Assembly (NCBI GenBank): GCA_963662665.2
Contig: CAXXJS010000008.1
Coordinates: forward strand, 1-64,000
Origin: Candidatus Latescibacterota bacterium
GTDB lineage: Bacteria; Latescibacterota; UBA2968; GCA-2709665
DNA: 64,000 bases
Direction: 5' to 3'
Part shown: positions 57,522 to 64,000 of the stretch, in pieces
Position numbering within the stretch: position 1 is the stretch's first letter
Layout of the letters: each line of letters begins with the position of its first letter
Translations under genes and position numbers: made by a program
Notes under the pieces: generated by a model
What the model saw: the letters and a program-made list of their open reading frames with translations, nothing else
Database searches by the model: none
What the model was told of the DNA's origin: nothing

Positions 57522-57896
57522 CTATTCCCCCTGGTTCTGTCCCTGAAGAACGGTCAGTGCATCCCACGTCGCCGGAAATCCGCCGAAGGCGCTCATCTGC
57601 AACATGACCTCCTCAATCTCCGTCCTCGTGGATCCACAACCAAGGGCACGGTCAATGTGAACGGCAAGTTGTTGCGGCCTGCCAAGAACCGTCAGGGCCG
57701 CGATCGTGCATAGCAGACGGGTCTTGATATCCAGCCCGTCCCGTCCGTACAGGTCGTGCATCACGTGTTCCATCACGAGTCGCTCGAACTCCGGATGTAG
57801 TGTGCGCATCTTCCTGGCGGAGGCCTCTGCAGCGGCCTCTCCGAGCATCGTCGAGAGAACTCTGCGCCCGGCTTCGTAGCGTTCACTTTCAGCCAT
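57522..57896 (-). CDS. Carboxymuconolactone decarboxylase family protein
   Basis: R.GLD.KTR.LCTIAAL, H...AL..G....EI.E......GFP. Confidence 0.85.
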   Translation of the reverse strand: MAESERYEAGRRVLSTMLGEAAAEASARKMRTLHPEFERLVMEHVMHDLYGRDGLDIKTRLLCTIAALTVLGRPQQLAVHIDRALGCGSTRTEIEEVMLQMSAFGGFPATWDALTVLQGQNQGE

Positions 57897-58051
57897 ACAT
57901 CCTCCCCCCTGGGTGTCGATTGAAATTTTGGTTGCATCGGTGCCCGCCGCCAGCCGGGCAAAGGCGTCGGTCAGCGCGTCTGGACGAGCGTCAGCAGCCC
58001 CTCAGTTCGATTCAGCCACGTGATCCATCTGGACGTCGCCCGATCAGTCGC

Positions 58052-59467
58052 TCATACAAAAAGCGCGTGCACCATCGTCCGACCCCGCTCCACCACCGTT
58101 TCGAGGCAGCCGGGGGCGAGCTTTGCCCAGTAGGTCACGTCTTCGTTGGCCTCGTGTCCTCCCCGGGGATAGGCCTCGCGCGTCGGCAGGTAGCCAACGT
58201 AGTGCGACGTGAGATGCGCAGGAAAGAGATACGGCGCCGCCTAGTTCGTTTTCAGGGCGAGTTGCCCTTCCACAAAGGGTTCTCCCGGCAGGCCGATAAC
58301 GCAGAGGTCGCCGATGCGGAACGCCTGGATTTCATAGGGAAACTCGTCGTCCCGCCGACGGCACAGTTCGACGCTTCGGGTCGAAGCAGCACGGAACCAG
58401 TTCGGTTCCACTTCGCCGTTTGCGCCGCGCGGCGGTTGCGGATTCCCGGTGAGAATCGCATTGACCTCGCGCGAGCGCTCGGCTGGAATCTCTCGGAAGG
58501 GCAGACCGACCATTTCGACGCTGCACGCCACCGCGGCGTTGTTGGAGAACGCCATATTGTAGACAATTCGTTCGCTCATGCGGGCCAGTTCGCGCCCCAT
58601 TCGCCGGTGGTCCGGCCGGCAATCCGGGTCGAAAGGATGCCGGGGGTTGATGTTGCCGCAACAACCGTTGACAACCAGCGGCACCGCGTCGGCGCCGAAA
58701 AGCTGCTGCATTTCCCGCGTCCAGGCGCCGGGCCAGTCCGCCGACACTGCCCGGTAGGTCAGGGGATTTCCGAATACGTTGACGGGGTGACAGGTGTGGT
58801 GCAGGAGAAAGGCCACCGGCTTCATATCCATGTCCTGGACGCAGCACACGCCCACTTCCGGGTCCATCGGTCCTTCCAGATAGCAGATATCCGGGATCCC
58901 GAACGGCTGTTGTTCCCGACCCAGCGGCTTTGGCATGACGATGGTTCCGTCCCGTCGTATGCCGCGACGATTGAACGCCAGGTCTCCCAACACGCCGCGT
59001 CCCAGACCAATGCGCACGGGTTGCAGCCTGCCCGCCGCCTCGACCGCGGCCTCCACGGCGGCGACGGCAGCCCTGTCGCCGTAAGCGCGCTCCCCTCCCC
59101 GCAGGTAATCCGTCTCCTCGCCGGTCTCCAGGGGAAAATCCGGATCCAGCATAAAGTAGCCGAGGCTCGGGGCGGAATGCGTCTGGGTCGCCTGGACGAT
59201 GATCGCCTCCGGTGCGATACCGGTTTGCTCGCCGATATCGGCGCGGATTTTGTCCGTATAGTCACGGGTGACGATGGTGAGATCCAGGATTACCATGCAG
59301 ACGCGCTGCCGGCCGGATTCAAAGACGATCGTCCTGGCAAAGAGCGGGTCCATCACGGCCTGAGCAGGCCGATGCTCGCCGGCCCCGCTTCCCGCCAGAT
59401 GCGTCCCCAATGGCGGCGTGATGTCAACCATCGCCGCTCCGGCTCTGAGCTGGTTGGTCTCGTGCAT
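58052..59467 (-). pseudogene. Neutral/alkaline ceramidase-like hydrolase interrupted by an in-frame TAG
   Basis: DITPP, ATQTHSAP, CHP, SADWPG, GCCGNINP, LPGEPF; after TAG 58241-58243 the frame continues 62 codons (YVGYLPTREAY..GGHE) to TGA 58052. Confidence 0.75.
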
Positions 59468-59648
59468 GGTATCTCCTTTTCGGCGCCAGGGGCGTTAAAG
59501 CGCAAAGGGCTTGGCGTGGGACCGGCCGAGAATCCGCACCGAACCGGTGATCCGTTTCAATTCTTCGGCAATTCTCAGCAGACAACAGGAACATACATGC
59601 ATCAATTTTAGACAGATGTCACGCTGTAAATTCCCGAGGAAAAAATCT

Positions 59649-60788
59649 ATGGATATCCAGACCCGTCTCATTCACGCCGGCGAGGAGCGTATCGAGGGCG
59701 CCGTCGTTCTGCCGATCTTCCAAAGCTCGACTTATATCTCTCAAGACGAGCAGGATTACGATGCCATCCGATATCTCCGCACGAACAACACACCCAATCA
59801 CCATGCATTACATGCGAAACTGGCCGCTGTCTGCGGCGGCGAGGACGCGCTCGTCGCCGGCTCCGGTATGGCCGCGATCACCACGGCACTGATGACCTTG
59901 CTCAGCAGCGGTGATCATCTGCTGATCCAGGACTGTCTCTACGGGGGTACACACAGCTATGTGACGCAGGATGCGCCGCGCCTGGGGATAGACGTCGACT
60001 TTATCGCCGGCAACGCGCCGGAGTCGTGGGCGGGTAAGCTCCGTCCGGAGACACGGGCGATCTACGTGGAGACCATGACCAACCCGCTATTGGAGGTCGC
60101 CGATCTAGAGGCAGTCGTGGAATTCGCCCGTGAACATGGTCTGGTCTCTCTGATTGACAATACGTTTGCCTCCCCGTGTAACTTCCGCCCGCTGGAAATC
60201 GGGCTTGATATCGAACTGCACAGCGCAACCAAGTACCTGAACGGTCATTCGGACCTCGTCGCGGGCGCGATCGCAGGCTCCCGTACACAGGTTGCGGACA
60301 TCAGGCACAAGCTGAATCATCTGGGCGGTACGCTGGATACACACGCCTGTTTTCTGCTGCAGCGAGGCATGAAGACACTGGCGCTCAGGATGCGCCAACA
60401 CAATGAGAACGGTCTGCTGCTGGCGCGCTTTTTGACAGGGCAGGAGCAGGTGGCCCGGGTAAACTATCCGGGGCTGGAGAGCCATCCGCAATACGAGAGG
60501 GCACAGCGGTTGTTTTCCGGCGCGGGTGGCGTATTGAGCTTTGAATTGCACGAGGGCGTGGCGGCGGCCGAGCGGTTGCTGTCCAGGCTGACGCTGCCGG
60601 CAACGGCCCCGAGTCTCGGTGGCGCTGAAACCCTCATTACGCGTCCTGCCGCCACTTCGCACTGTGGCATGAGCCCGGAAGATCGAGCGGAAATGGGAAT
60701 TGCCGATGGCCTGGTCCGGGTGGCGTGCGGCATTGAGACCGCCGGGGATCTGTGCGCGGACTTTGCAAACGCATTCGCCGAAGTGTAG
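59649..60788 (+). CDS. Cys/Met metabolism PLP enzyme (cystathionine/methionine gamma-lyase family)
   Basis: SGMAAI, YGGT, ET.TNP, DNTFA, HSATKYLNGHSD, SLGG. Confidence 0.93.
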   Translation: MDIQTRLIHAGEERIEGAVVLPIFQSSTYISQDEQDYDAIRYLRTNNTPNHHALHAKLAAVCGGEDALVAGSGMAAITTALMTLLSSGDHLLIQDCLYGGTHSYVTQDAPRLGIDVDFIAGNAPESWAGKLRPETRAIYVETMTNPLLEVADLEAVVEFAREHGLVSLIDNTFASPCNFRPLEIGLDIELHSATKYLNGHSDLVAGAIAGSRTQVADIRHKLNHLGGTLDTHACFLLQRGMKTLALRMRQHNENGLLLARFLTGQEQVARVNYPGLESHPQYERAQRLFSGAGGVLSFELHEGVAAAERLLSRLTLPATAPSLGGAETLITRPAATSHCGMSPEDRAEMGIADGLVRVACGIETAGDLCADFANAFAEV

Positions 60789-60809
60789 ATTCATACACTA
60801 AGACTTCCG

Positions 60810-61014
60810 CGCAATTTGCGTACATGTTTAATCATGCTGCTTGCAAACGGTAAGGCGTAGAAATCCCCCCACCACCGTCGCCGGCCCTTCGACAAGCTCA
60901 GGGGACGGACTCGGCTTCTGCGACTCCCCTCAAGGGGGGAGTGATTGCACCGTCAGGCGGGCTTGCACATTGACGCCGGCCTATTTGGTTGCGGCTGAGC
61001 ATAGCGAAGCCGTG
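60810..61014 (-). repeat. ~255-bp composite dispersed repeat, inverted shorter copy 3
   Basis: Reverse complement of cggcttcgctatgctcagccgcaaccaaa...atcactcccccctt...acgccttaccgt..gcaagcagcatgatt. Confidence 0.8.
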
Positions 61015-61028
61015 CCAAGGCAGGATGA

Positions 61029-63296
<2,268 letters not shown>

Positions 63297-63349
63297 TCTC
63301 ACCGGGCGCCCTCGTCGGCGTCTTCAAGATAAAAGCAGAAAGGACCGCG

Positions 63350-63823
63350 ATGGCAATCACGCTGGGGGCAGGCGACGTTGCCCCGGATTTCGAACTGGCC
63401 GACCAGGACGGCGCCGTCCATTCGCTGGCCGGATACCGGGGCCGGACGGTCGTCCTCTACTTCTATCCGCGCGATGAGACCCCGGGTTGTACAATTCAGG
63501 CTTGCTCGTTTCGGGATCATCACGCCGAAATCCTGGCCGAGGGCGCAATCGTACTCGGCGTATCGAGAGACGATGCAGAGTCGCACAGCGATTTCCGCGA
63601 ACGCCATCGGCTGCCGTTTCCACTGCTGGTGGATGCCAACGCCAACGTCTCCACGCGCTATGGCGCATGGGGTGAGAAAGTCCTCTACGGACGCCGGTTC
63701 GACGGAATGACGCGGTCGACGTTCATCATTGGCCCGGATGGAATCCTGACCAAAGTCTGGAAACGGGCCCGCGCCGCCGGGCACGGCGCGGCAGTGCTGA
63801 AGGCGCTACGCGATTCCGGTTAG
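63350..63823 (+). CDS. bcp: BCP/PrxQ peroxiredoxin
   Basis: LYFYPRDETPGCTIQAC, FPLL.D, RSTF; AAGGA RBS before ATG 63350. Confidence 0.9.
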   Translation: MAITLGAGDVAPDFELADQDGAVHSLAGYRGRTVVLYFYPRDETPGCTIQACSFRDHHAEILAEGAIVLGVSRDDAESHSDFRERHRLPFPLLVDANANVSTRYGAWGEKVLYGRRFDGMTRSTFIIGPDGILTKVWKRARAAGHGAAVLKALRDSG

Positions 63824-64000
63824 GCGGGACTGAACACCGGCGGGAGTTCGTGTTAACGGAATCTTTCGGGTTGCATTCAACCTTGAGGATCGGGTGCCAC
63901 GCAAACGGGACGACTGACTCGGCTTGCTCCCATCCCGGGTAGCAGCCGACGGAGATCAGGGTGATCGAACCGACTGTTCAGGCACAGATGCTCGTCCGGC

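Noticed and set aside
58241-58243. TAG as pyrrolysine or genome-wide recoding
   Set aside because: TAG ends many intact genes here, the protein is not a known Pyl family, and no pyl genes are in the window.
57800-59611. 603-aa plus-strand ORF (likewise 8005-9366 and 33699-35360)
   Set aside because: Shadow ORFs opposite recognisable genes, expected in high-GC DNA.
43406-61014. Dispersed repeats as a CRISPR array or integron attC sites
   Set aside because: No regular repeat-spacer period, mixed orientation, no cas or intI gene, and no one-repeat-per-gene arrangement.
63824-64000. Possible 3' end of a minus-strand gene at the window edge
   Set aside because: Too short to support a call.

Overview
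GC-rich bacterial chromosomal window. The gene mix (several PhyH dioxygenases, a sulfatase, a heparinase-like lyase, a dockerin/cadherin/FN3/LRR giant protein, many intergenic repeats) suggests, by inference only, a Latescibacterota/Poribacteria-like host-associated bacterium. In order it holds: a toxin-antitoxin cluster (Fic, HepT/MNT, VapBC, MazEF) in which two toxins carry nonsense codons; metabolic and redox genes; three tandem 180-aa lipoprotein paralogs; a ~3000-aa adhesin-metalloprotease; a methyltransferase-hisI-hisG operon behind a complete, unannotated His-leader-peptide attenuator; a ~17-kb cluster of mostly uncharacterised glycan-degradation-like enzymes; an AT-rich islet with a candidate sRNA, a wHTH protein, overlapping small ORFs and a PIN/zinc-ribbon nuclease; an unannotated UxxS selenoprotein with an IS1380 element inserted beside its RBS; and katG-bcp. 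Several families of dispersed, partly nested intergenic repeats occur throughout. No CRISPR array, rRNA or tRNA was recognised. All calls come from reading motifs by eye; no database searches were run.
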